Shown: piece by piece, positions 1-14,689 of the stretch
Layout: each line of letters begins with the position of its first letter
How positions within the stretch are numbered: the stretch's first letter is position 1
Assembly (NCBI RefSeq): GCF_009914755.1
Contig: NC_060943.1
DNA from: the human T2T-CHM13v2.0 reference genome, Homo sapiens
Length of the DNA stretch: 64,000 bases
Direction: 5' to 3' (one strand)
Program-made: the position numbers and the translations under genes
The notes under the pieces: generated by a model
Database searches by the model: none
What the model was told of the DNA's origin: nothing
What the model saw: only the letters and a program-made list of their open reading frames with translations

Positions 1-79
1 GGGGGCTGGGATGGAGCAAACTCAGGGGAAGGGTCAGGTCTTGGGGTTGTCTGATGATGTCACTTGTAAAAGCCACTGT

Positions 80-357
80 ATTTTTTTTTAAGTGACAGGG
101 TCTCTCTCTCTCACCCAGGCTGGAGCACAGCTGGTATAATCATGGCTCACTGCAGCCTCGATCTCCTGGGTTCAAGTGATCCTCCCACCTCAGCCTCCTG
201 AGGAGCTGGGACCACAGGCGAGCACCACTATGCCTTTATTTTTTGTAGAGACGGGGTCTCGCTATGTTGCCCAGGCTGGTCTCAAACTCCTGGCCTCAAG
301 CGATCCTCCCACCTTGGCCTCCTAAAGTGTTGGGATTATAAGCATGAGCCACTGCAG
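80..357 (-). mobile_element. Alu (AluJ-like), antisense, ~200 nt upstream of exon 2
   Basis: Poly-T followed by the reverse complement of a dimeric Alu (ctgcagcctcgatctcctgggttcaagtgatcctcccacctcagcc). Confidence 0.9.
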
Positions 358-589
358 GAGCCTGAGGTCACATTGAAGGACAGACAGACCCTCACGGGAT
401 GTCGTGACTGGTTGCCTCTGGCTTTTTGGGCGAGCCTAGTCGGGTGGGGAACTCCAGCATCGGGTCAGGTGCTATCTGCCCAGGAGTGGGACTCCACATG
501 CCCCTTAAACTTCCTCCCACCATTCTGACCATGCCTGGCTCTGACCTCCCTTCTAGCTCCAGGACACGCGCGCCCCGAGCCTGGGAGGC

Positions 590-1060
590 ATGCTGAAGCC
601 AGGCGGCCGGCAGGATGAGTGTGAAAGAGGCAGGCAGCTCGGGCCGCCGGGAGCAGGCGGCCTACCACCTGCACATCTACCCCCAGCTGTCCACCACCGA
701 GAGCCAGGCCTCGTGCCGCGTGACTGCCACCAAGGACAGCACCACCTCGGACGTCATCAAGGACGCCATTGCCAGCCTGCGGCTGGACGGCACCAAATGT
801 TATGTGCTGGTGGAGGTCAAAGAGTCGGGAGGCGAGGAATGGGTGCTGGACGCCAACGACTCGCCTGTGCACCGGGTGCTGCTATGGCCCCGGCGGGCAC
901 AGGACGAGCACCCTCAGGAGGATGGCTACTACTTCCTGCTGCAGGAGCGCAACGCAGATGGAACCATCAAGTACGTGCATATGCAGCTGGTGGCGCAGGC
1001 CACAGCCACCCGGCGCCTAGTGGAGCGTGGCCTCCTGCCACGGCAGCAGGCGGACTTTGA
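590..1060 (+). other. Overlapping out-of-frame upstream ORF (156 aa) in exon 2
   Basis: ATG at 590 lies inside exon 2, 25 nt before the main ATG, in context ggcATGc (G at -3). It is open to TGA at 1058-1060. Translation is not demonstrated. Confidence 0.5.
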
Positions 1061-1454
1061 TGACCTGTGTAACCTCCCTGAGCTAACCGAGGGCAACCTC
1101 CTGAAGAACCTCAAGCACCGCTTCCTGCAACAAAAGATCTACACGTACGCGGGGAGCATCCTGGTGGCCATCAACCCCTTTAAGTTCCTGCCCATCTACA
1201 ACCCCAAGTACGTGAAGATGTATGAGAACCAGCAGCTGGGCAAGCTGGAGCCACACGTCTTCGCGCTGGCCGACGTGGCCTACTACACCATGCTCAGGAA
1301 GCGCGTGAACCAGTGCATCGTGATCTCGGGTGAGAGCGGCTCCGGCAAGACCCAGAGCACCAACTTCCTCATCCACTGCCTCACCGCCCTCAGCCAGAAG
1401 GGCTACGCCAGCGGCGTCGAGAGGACCATCCTGGGTGCTGGCCCTGTGCTGGAG
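615..1454 (+). CDS. MYO9B: MYO9B first coding exon (exon 2; exon spans 557-1454, 898 nt), aa 1-280: RA domain, start of motor domain, P-loop
   Basis: Translation [25 protein letters not shown]... is the myosin-IXb N-terminus. Myosin motifs [24 protein letters not shown] and GESGSGKT (1329-1352) are present. Acceptor ttctag|ctcc at 556/557; donor GAG|gtgagc at 1454/1455 (phase 0). Confidence 0.98.
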
Positions 1455-1516
1455 GTGAGCGGGGAAGCTGGTCGGTCTGTGGGAGGGGGCATTTGTTTGG
1501 AAAATGCGGGTTTCAG

Positions 1517-2115
1517 GCCAAGCTCGGTGGCCCACATCTATAATCCCAATGCTTTGGAAGGCTGAGGGAGGAGGATTGCTTGAGCCCAGGAGTTCAAGAT
1601 CAGCCTGGGCAACATAGCAAGACCTTTTCTCTACAAAAAAAAAATAATAATTAGCCAGGCAGGCATAGTAGTGCTCACCTGTAGTCCCAGCTGCTCAGGA
1701 GGCTGAGGCAGGAGGATCACTTGAGCCCAGGAGTTCGAGGCTTCAGTGAGCTATGATCATGCCACTGCACTCCAGCCTGGATGACAGAGAGAGACTCCAT
1801 CTCAAAAAAAAAAAAGAAAGAAATTTCAGGCTGGGTGTGGTGGCTCATGTCTATAACCCCAGTGGTTTTTGAGAGGCTGAGGCAAGAGGATCGCTTGAGC
1901 CCAGGAATTCAACATCAGCCTGGTCAACACAGCAAGGCCCCCTCTCTACAAAAAAAAAAAAAAAAGATTACCGAAGTGCGGTGGCACACATTTGTTGTCC
2001 CAGCTATTGGAGAGGCTAAGGCGGGAGGATCGCTTGAGCCCACGAGTTGGAGCTATGATTGCACTACTGCACTCCAGCCTGGGCAACAGAGACAGACCCT
2101 GCCTCTAAAGAGAGA
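1517..2115 (+). mobile_element. Two tandem sense Alus (AluJ-like) starting ~60 nt downstream of exon 2
   Basis: ggccaagctcggtggcccacatctataatccc... with A-tail near 1815; second copy from ~1828 to ~2115. Confidence 0.9.
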
Positions 2116-2124
2116 AAAAGTGGA

Positions 2125-3066
<942 letters not shown>

Positions 3067-3503
3067 TCACAACGGGACATTTCTAGGGGGACCAGCAGGG
3101 TGGAAGGAAGCCAGCAAGGCGTACGGCAGGCCTGGGGGTTAAGGGGATGGCGAAGCATTGTCGGGGAGGGGGCTGCCTAGTTTCACTGTAGAGGCAGCAG
3201 AGAAGGGACCAACCCAGGCTCTTATGCCTCATGCCCTCTGCCCACTGTTCATTGCCCTGATCAGCCAAACCCCACAGGAGCCCTCGATGTGCCACTGTGG
3301 GTGAGTCTTGTGGCCACAGGGCTACAGAGGTGACCACACAGCACCCATCATTGCAGGGATTGTAGGACAAGGTGCATCCACATGTCTCAGAACAACGCAA
3401 CCATCGCCACCTGGTGAGGGCCAGGGGCAGCGTGTGGCCTCAGGGGTCTGCACCTCTGGGTGTGAGATCTGCCTTTTTTTCATTTTTATTTTATTTTTTG
3501 TAG

Positions 3504-4544
<1,041 letters not shown>

Positions 4545-5668
4545 TCAGACCCCACCCTTCCTGGAGCCTTGACCTCTCGCCTCTTGTTAGTCCCCACAAG
4601 CTGAGGGCTGCCATGCAAATTCACTGAAATCACATCTAAGCAGTGCCTAGGAATACATTTCAGTTCCTCTTCCTCTCTGAGGTCATCAGTAAGACATTAA
4701 TTGGGGTCGTACAACTTAGCCCTGGTCCGACATATGTAGCCTATTCCTGTTTTCTCCTGTGCAAGTAACACAGAGATTCATTGTCATTGTTTACATCAGC
4801 TTTTAATAAAACTGCTGAGCAATTTCACCATAGAATGTCCATTTTCTTTCCTTTCCCATCCCCTCCCCTCCCCTCCTCTCCCCTCCCCTCTCCTCGCCTC
4901 TCCTCTATTCCTTTCTTGTCAGGGTCTCTCTCCGTTACCTAGAATGGAGTGCAGTGGCACAATCATAACTCACCGCAGCCTCGAGAACTTCTGGGCTCAA
5001 GCGATCCTCCCACCCAAGTAGCTGGAATTCCAGGTGTGCACCACCATGCCCGGCTAATTTTTAAATTTTCTGTAGAGACACAGTCTTACTATGTTCTCCA
5101 GGCTGGTCTCGAACTCCTGGCTTCCAGTGATCCTCCCACCTCAGCTGTTTTTAATATGGCTTGTCTTGTGTGCATTACATTATATACCCAGACCGCCCGT
5201 TCATTGCTGTGTGAGCATTTGCTGTGTGGCAGGCTATGATATAGGTGCTGGGCTATGTGGTGGCCAAAGTCAACACAAAATTCTCCCCAGGCAGAACTCG
5301 GGGAAGACTCTGGGTGACACAGGAGCTATAGAGGTTCTGAGCAGAGGTAGATGCAACCCAGCTCTGGTCTCCCGAGGCCGCCCTGGCGTCATCCCAGCTC
5401 TGAGACTCAGCCACAGTGAAACTGCCAGTGGCCCCAGTGTCCTCCCAGCAGGTGGCCAGGGGGCTCAACGGCTCTCCAGGCCAAAACATCAGTGCCTGGC
5501 ATCCACACCCGAGATAAAACAGTGATCTTGAAAATTCAGCATGTGTGGCACACACCTGTAATCCCAGAGTCAGGAGGCTGAGTCCTGAGTCAGGAGGATT
5601 GCGTGAGCCTAGGAATTCCAGACCAGCCTGGGTAACATTGCAAGACCCCATCTCTACCAAAAAGTTTA

Positions 5669-6014
<346 letters not shown>

Positions 6015-6389
6015 TCAGCTCTCAGGAGCTTGAAGTGGGAGGATTGCTTGAGCCCAGAAGTTCAAGACTGCAGTGAGCTGTGATCACACACTGCACTCCA
6101 GCCTGGGTGACAGAGCAAGACCCTGTCTCAAAAAAATAACAAAAAAAATTTAGTAGGTGAATGAATGAGAGGGTAGATCCAACATTTACCATGTCAGACA
6201 TTTTGCCAAATGGGACTAGGCAGGTGGGTAAATGCCTGAGCCCCGCAGAAATGACACGCCCAGCCCCAGGGTCTCAAAGTGGCACGGCCAGGAGGCAGGA
6301 TTGCCACCTAGGTCTCAGTTCAGGGTCCATGTCCTCCCCACCACGTTGCTGCCTCCACAGCGCCATCTCACTAGGACCCTCCAGGGCGT

Positions 6390-6830
6390 GGACAAGTTTC
6401 CTGTTGCTAAGTGTTAGGGGCAAGGGAGTCTCCAACAACAGGGATTAAGGCTCTCATGGTCCTGGAGGCCAGAAGTCTGAAATCAAGGTGTCCACGGGGC
6501 CGCACTCCCTCCCGGCTCTGGGGGAGGATGCTTCAGGCCTCTTCAGCTTCTCTGGTGGCTGCAGATGTGCCCTGGCCTGTGGCCACGTCACATCAGTCTC
6601 TGCCTCTGTCGTCAGGGGCGTTCTTCCTGTGTGTCCGTGTCTTCACGTGGCTTTCTTATAACAAGGACACCACTCATGGGATGTAGGGCCCATCCTACCC
6701 CGGCATGACCTCATCCTACCTAATTGCATTTGCAAAGACCCTATTTCCAAATAAGGTCACATACACAGTTTCTGGGGGTGAGGATGTGGATATAATTTTG
6801 GGGGCGGGGGGCTCAAGTCAGCCCACAGCA
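6390..6830 (-). mobile_element. MLT1 (MaLR) solo LTR
   Basis: ctggaggccagaagtctgaaatcaaggtg...gcaaagaccctatttccaaataaggtcaca. Confidence 0.8.
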
Positions 6831-7254
6831 TCCCCCATACAGCCCCACCTGGTCTGCTTCAAGTCCTACCTGGCCCCTGGCAAGTCCCACTTGGTGACAT
6901 CTTGTGCCTGGGTCCTTGAGGGCTGCCCCAGATCCGCGATTGTCCTGGGGACCGGTAGTTCCTCCCCGGATGCCAGCAAAGCTCCCTCCAGCCTCCACGC
7001 CTGCACAGTCTCCAGTATGCCTTCAACAGCCATTAGTCACCCTCTGTGAGTCAGAACCCCGGTCCTGCCAGGCCAACCTGCTTGGGGCCTCAGCAGCGGG
7101 GGCTGGCGAGGCCAGTTTTCTCCAGCGGTTCTAAGCCGCTCGAGGGTGGTGCCCACGCCGGCTTCCAAAACAGGCTTGAGCCAAATCCACGTCATGGCAA
7201 TAAACGTGCTTCCTGGGGCGACTGTTTGCAAAGGGATGTGATTGTCTTCACTGA

Positions 7255-7925
<671 letters not shown>

Positions 7926-8389
7926 TAATTTTATTTATTTATTTATTTATTTATTTATTTTGAAACAGAGTTTCTCTCTGTCTCCGGGCTGGAGTGCAGT
8001 GGCGCGATCTCGGCTCACTGCAAGTTCTGCCTCCCGGGTTCGTGCCATTCTCCTGCCTCAGCCTCCTGAGTAGCTGGGACTACAGGTGCTCACCACCACA
8101 CCCAGCTAATTTTTTGTATTTTTAGTAGAGATGGGGTTTCACCGTGTTAGCCAGAATGGTCTCGATCTCCTGACCTCGTGGTCCGCCCACCTCAGCCTCC
8201 CAAAGTGCTGGGATTACAAGCATGAGCCACTGCGCCCGGCCATCATTTTCTAATAAGAGGAATAAGACCTCAGGCCCACTGGGTATCAGGGTTTGGGCTT
8301 CGTGATTTTCCTCCATCATCTCTAATCCCTCACGGCAGCTCTGCCCATTTTAAAGATGAGGAAACTGAGCCCCAGAGAGACACGTGGAT

Positions 8390-8822
8390 GTGTGAGTTTC
8401 CTGAGGTATCTATAACAAAGTATTACGGGCTGGGAGCCCTCAAACAGCAGGGGTTGATTCTCTCACAGTTCTGGAGGCCAGAAGTTGAAAATCAAGGTGT
8501 GGGCAGGGCTGGGTCCCTCTGGAGGCTCTGAGGGAGAATCTGTCCCAGGCCTCTCTCCCGGGTTCTGGTGGCTTCAGCCATCCTTGGAGCTCTGGGCTTG
8601 TGGCCGCATCACTCTGCCCTCTCCCTCCGTCGTCACCTGGTCTTCTCCCCTGTGTGTGTCCAATCTCCCTTGCCTTTCTCTCATGGGATCACCTCATCTC
8701 AAAATACTTACCTTCATGACATCTGCCAAGACCCCGTTTCCAGATAAAGCCACAGTCACAGGTTCTGGGGGTAAGGACTTAGACATATCTTTTTTGGGAA
8801 GCCACAAGTCAACCCACTGCAG
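8390..8822 (-). mobile_element. MLT1 (MaLR) solo LTR
   Basis: tctcacagttctggaggccagaagttgaaaatcaaggtg...tctgccaagaccccgtttccagataaag. Confidence 0.8.
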
Positions 8823-8879
8823 GTAGATTCCCCAGGCCACACCGCAGAGAGCCAAAGCCTAACCCGGGGTTTGAACCCG

Positions 8880-9200
8880 GCCTGAGCCCCAGCCCCCCGT
8901 TCAGGCTGCCTCTCTGCTCTCCCCTCTCTCGCCCGGGCTGCAGAAAGCCGGAGATCAGCACAACTCGCTGCATCGATTGGGGATTTTTTCTCAGCTCCCC
9001 GAAAGGAGAAGTTGAGCTGTTTTGAGGTTTGAGTGTCGCTGGATGCACCCCCTGACCCCCGCCCCCCGCGAGGGTTGCAGCCTCGCTGTGTAATGCTGAC
9101 CAAAAAACAGGAAGGGAGCACTGTGGAAAGCCGGTTCCAATCAGCTGATCTGCCCGCCACTGCAGTTAACTGTTGCCATCACCTTTCACCAAGTCTAGGG
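8880..9200. promoter_or_regulatory. Candidate intronic enhancer
   Basis: CpG-rich unique DNA with a kB-like GGGGATTTTT, GC box, ETS CAGGAAG, CCAAT, and palindromes ATCAGCTGAT and CAGTTAACTG. Confidence 0.4.
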
Positions 9201-12200
9201 GCTGCAGAAGCCATGAGTCTCCCCATCTTCCACATGGCCTCTAGCCTCCCAGTGCAGGCGCCCGTCGACAGCCCAGGGGCTGTGGATAGAGCACCTTACA
9301 GCATCGGCCATGGGGTCTCGCCGCAAAGCACACCCAGAACACGCTCCTCTCCCTTTGCCCACAGCCTCAGATCCACCAGGCACTCGCCTCGGTGCCCTTC
9401 TGAGAGCAGGCTGAGTCCAGGGGGCCAAAGGCTGGGGTTCCCTTCATCTGTCCTGAACTGTAGCAAGTGCAGCTGGCAGCTGGCAGCGTGCATGGGGTTT
9501 TCATTCTGAAAGCAGAAATAAAATAAGGATCCTTGCTTGTCAGGCTGTTGTCCCAAGGGTCCCTGGACTCCATGGAGCCCCTGTGGCCCGGCCCACAGTG
9601 GGACACGGTGACAGTGATGGGCTGCAGGGCGCAGAGGGACGCCCCCAGCTGGTGGAGCCAAGCTCACCCGAAGTTGTGCCGATGCCCAGGACATTCCAGT
9701 GAGGGACTGAGGAAGGGTCCTGAACGTGCCACTGCCCCAGACCCCCCTCTTGGGGCAAAGGAACCTAGGACTCGTACCCACCTGGACCGGGTCCTGAGCT
9801 CCTCCTTAGGGGCCCTACAAACCCAGTCTCATGTTTCCCCCAACTCCCCCAGCCCCTCTGCCATCAGCCAGGCCACTAGCTCTGTTCCCCCACCCACAGT
9901 CAGCACTGGGGTAGGTCACCTAGACCACAGTGCCATTATCCACTTCGACCTCTGCCCTCAAGGACACCTGCCTGGGCCACGTCCTTTCCCCCTGAGTCTG
10001 TCGGGCAAGACACAGTTGGATGCCAGCCTCCACCCAGCATTGGGGGCGTCATCTCATACGTCCTCACCACATCCTGATGTGGGCAGACTGACCACCCCCA
10101 CCTGACATGTGAGGAAACTGAGGCACACGAGCTGCTCAGCAAGGGTGGCAGAGATAGAAGTTTCTGGAACCAGGTGTGTGTCAACTCTCATGCCTCTGAA
10201 GTTGAGGTTCCTGTTTAAGAGCTTATGGAGATATAATTTACCTATTTACTTATTTATAAATAGATACCTTATATTTATATCTACAGTTTATAAATATATA
10301 GATTAAATTGTATCTGCATTTTATAAATGTATAAATTATATCTGCAGTTTATAAATCTGTAAATTAAATTATATCTGCAGCCTCAAATTCCTGGCCTCAA
10401 GTGATCCTCCCACCTCAGCCTCTCAAGCAGCTGGGAATACAGGTGCACACCACCACCCCTGGCTAATTTTTTTATTTTTTGTAGAGACAGGGTTTTGTTA
10501 TGTCACCAAGGCTGGTCTCCAACTCCTGGCCTCAGGCAAAAGTGTGCAATTCAGTGGCATTTAGTACACTCGCAGTGGTATGCAACCGTCGCCTCTATGC
10601 AGTTCCAGAACATTTCCATCCCCCTGAAAGGAGACCCCGTCCCCATCAGCGTTCACTCCCCACTTCCCTCTCCCAGGCCCTGGCAGCCACTAACCTGCTT
10701 CCTGTCTCTATGGATCTGCCTGTTCTGGACATTTCAGATCAATGGAATCTCTCACACTCTGTGGCCTTTTGTGTCTGGCTTCTCTCACTTGGTATCATGT
10801 TCTTGAGATTCATACACGTTGTAGCATGGATCAGTGCTTCCTTCCTTTTCATGGCTGCATCATATTCCACGGTATGGATGGAGGATGGACCATAATTTGT
10901 TTCTCTGCCCACCAGTTGTATCAGCATTTCATTCCTTTGTATGGCTGGTATGTGGTTGGGGTTTTCCTGGACCCCTGCCCCAGCCAGGCCAACCTCCCCC
11001 ATCAGTGTCCCCCACAAGAACAATGTTGGGGAGTGGGGGGATTGACACTCACACAGAGGATCCCCTGGAGACTGTCATGAGCCCTGGGAAGGAGGAGAGC
11101 AGTCCTCTCCAGCAGGCTGCTTCGGGCGTGCTAATGGCTGGAGCCACCGAGGGACACCAGGTGGGACCAGGAGCCGGGGTGGGAGGAAGCAAGAAGGGGG
11201 CAGGCGTGCCCAGGTATAGCAGGGACGTCCAGGTACAGCAGGGACATCCATCTGCACGTTCTTCCCAGCCTGCTGAGAAGCCAGTGGCCAGAGGGAGGCT
11301 GGCTTCAGGGAGCAGGGCGGACGGGCTGGCTGGCGGGGGCCCTGGACTCGGGCAGGAGCGTTTGCACGTGGCTTCCCAAGTGCGACAGAGAGGGAGTCCT
11401 GGGAGCAACCCCAGCCGCGGGGATGTGCCAGATCTGAGGCTGATAGCTGAGGACGGACAGGTCCCAAGGGAGGAGGAGAGGGGGTCAGAGATGGCTGCAG
11501 GGGAACTGCCCGGAGGCCAGTCCTGGTGAATTTGGTTTGGGGTGCTTCGTTCAAGCAGCTGATGGGGCATCCAAGGGAGAATTGTGCACCAGCCACACAA
11601 AGAATCCCGCAGCCCCAGGGCTCATCAGGCCTCAGAGGCCATCCTGTCGCATGACCCAGTCAGAGAGGGGTCAGGGACAGACAGCAAGCTGGGGCACCTC
11701 CCAGCCAGGCACTCACCCAGCCCTTGGCTGTTGGCCATACAGGGAGGTGAGTTTGTCAGGAGAGGTAAGTGTTGAGAGGGGGCGTGTGGCTCCCCTCTCA
11801 TTGGGGGGCATTTCAGGGATGAGATTCAGGGCATAGGCCACAGACCGGAGGAGGCTCAGGGTCAGGACGGGGCCAAGGCCTCAGAAGGCAGAAGTCACCC
11901 ATGTCACGAGGAGCAAAGGGAAGCCAGCATTTGTTTGAGGAAGAGCAATACCTGCAGTCAGCACCCGTCTGTCTGTCAAAGGGTCCAGGAGCCCCCACTG
12001 GCTTGAGTTGTGTCTATGTTACATGAATGCAGAGGTATTTGAGGCTGAGGGTCTCTGAGACCACTTGTCACTTTGCTGGGCTGAGGGAGAAGGAAGGTGG
12101 GGCGTCAGTGGGCAGCAGGGTGGGCAGCAAGCTTGGGCTCAGGAGGGTCCGGGGCAGCAGCCTGGTGCACTTCAAAGGGAGATTGGAAGGCCAGCGTGTC

Positions 12201-14051
12201 CAGGGCCGGGTTGGGGAAGCAGGGCCAGGGTCATTGGGTGCCCGTCCTCCTCTCGGGTAGGCGCACTGCTGTGGTGGGGAAAGAGGAGGCAGAATTAGGG
12301 CTCTCAGGAGTTTCCCCCCTGCTCGCCCTGCGAGCGGTCAAGACTCAGGCTAGCCCAGGCCATCCGAAAGGCTAAACAGCGGGATGGTTATCCACACAAA
12401 CATCTAGGTCACCCATCCACACAGGCAGGCGTGTGTGGAAGACAGGGTGGTGCAAGGACAGAAGGAGGAGGTACAATGTGGCCCTGACCGCAAGCTACTG
12501 AAGGTCCCTGAGGGGGGTGAGCTGGGCACCCCGGGCACCACAGGAAGCGAAGATAGAATCAATCTCTGGCTGCCTCTCCTGTGTGGCCTCCCCGGGATGT
12601 TTGCACAAAGGTAGGGGGAAGCAGTTTTTGGGGGCCCTGGGTCTGCAGAGCAGCCCAGAGGAGGAGATAGGAGCTGGGGCCCGAATGCAGGGCAGGCAGG
12701 AGACGGGGCAGGGCAAACCCCAGAGGCGACGAGAAAGCGGAATAAGCCATCATATAGGGTCAGTTTTAGACCTCACAGTCAGAAACCCTTGGGGACAGAG
12801 GCCAGGCTTCCTGGTCCAACCCAAGTTCCCAACCCCTGCCCTGTTGATATGTGGGCTGGATCATTCCGTTATGGCCAGGCCATCCTGTGCATCATGGGGG
12901 ACTGAGCAGCATCCTGATCCCTGCCCACTAGTTGCCCATAGCACCCCCGCCCCTAGTCCCAACAACCAGAAACGTCTCCAGATGTTGACAGGTGTTCCCT
13001 GAGGAGCAGAACCACCCCCCAGTTGAGAACTGCTGTTTTAGGCCAACTGTATGACAAGATAGATTTCATTGTAACAGATGGTCTCTGCCTAAATATTTGT
13101 AGATTCTTTTTTTCTTGGTAACATTGTGCCATTGGAGTTACACATCAACCCGACCAAATTCGGCACGATTGTGGAGTGGCTGTTGGGCGTGGCGGGAAGC
13201 AGTTTCAGTCCGGCGTTCTCCCTCGTCCCTTGGGGGAGGTGACTGGTGTGCCTCCTCACCTCTCACTCATTGCCCACCCAGAGCCCAGGGGACGGTCACT
13301 GCTCACCCACGATCAGGCATGTCCTCGTGTCACCGATGATGAAGCGGCCCTAGGTGCGTGAGGATCTGGCTTTCCAAGAGCCTGCTCTTCCAGGTGCACT
13401 GAGTGACGTCTTACAATGTTGTTTGTAAGACTTGCTCCCCATGCCAAAAACCGCAGTCCCTGATTTTAGGACTTCCGCCTGCACTGAGAAGTAACATGCT
13501 CCCTGCTGGGGTTTTTTGCAAAGGAATGTAATCAAAGAGGTTTGCCGGTTTTCTGATCCAGGAGAGTGCTGGTTTGTGCGCCCTGGATTCTGTGGTCCTC
13601 CCTGTCCTCCTGGGGTGACTTCTTGAAACCTATGCCAGGTGCTGGCTGTGGCTCAGGTCTCGCTCCTTTAAGCATCTCCCCAGCAGGAAACAAGTCAAGA
13701 ACCACTGCCGGGAAACAGGATCAGCGGCCAGAGATTCCCCACTTTGGCAGAACCATGACACGTTTCATTATCTCTTTTGGTTCCCCCAGTTGCTTTTCCC
13801 CTTTTTTTTTTTTTTTAATAAAACACTTCGTCTTTTTAGTGTCTTTTCATTTTTCTTAACTTTAAAAAAAATTTTTTTTAGAGACAGGGTCTAGCCCTGT
13901 CGCCCAAGCTGAGGTGCAGTGGTCCAGTCATAGTTCACTGCAGCCTCAACCTCCTAGGCTCAAGTGAGCCTCCTGCCTCAGCCTCCAAATTAGCTGGGAC
14001 TACAGCCACGTGCCACCACGCCAGCAAGGTTTCATTTCCTTTGGTATCTAC

Positions 14052-14689
<638 letters not shown>

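Noticed and set aside
465-1535. Antisense ORFs of 135 and 150 aa over exon 2
   Set aside because: Typical shadow ORFs of GC3-rich coding DNA, with no independent signals.
1455-1565. ORF track extension of exon 2 to 316 aa
   Set aside because: Read-through past a strong GAG|gtgagc donor into intron and Alu sequence. Myosin homology resumes at 44273.
10834-11600. Long overlapping ORFs (231, 183, 173 aa)
   Set aside because: GC-rich low-complexity sequence starting in an L1 fragment. No recognisable domain or convincing splice structure.
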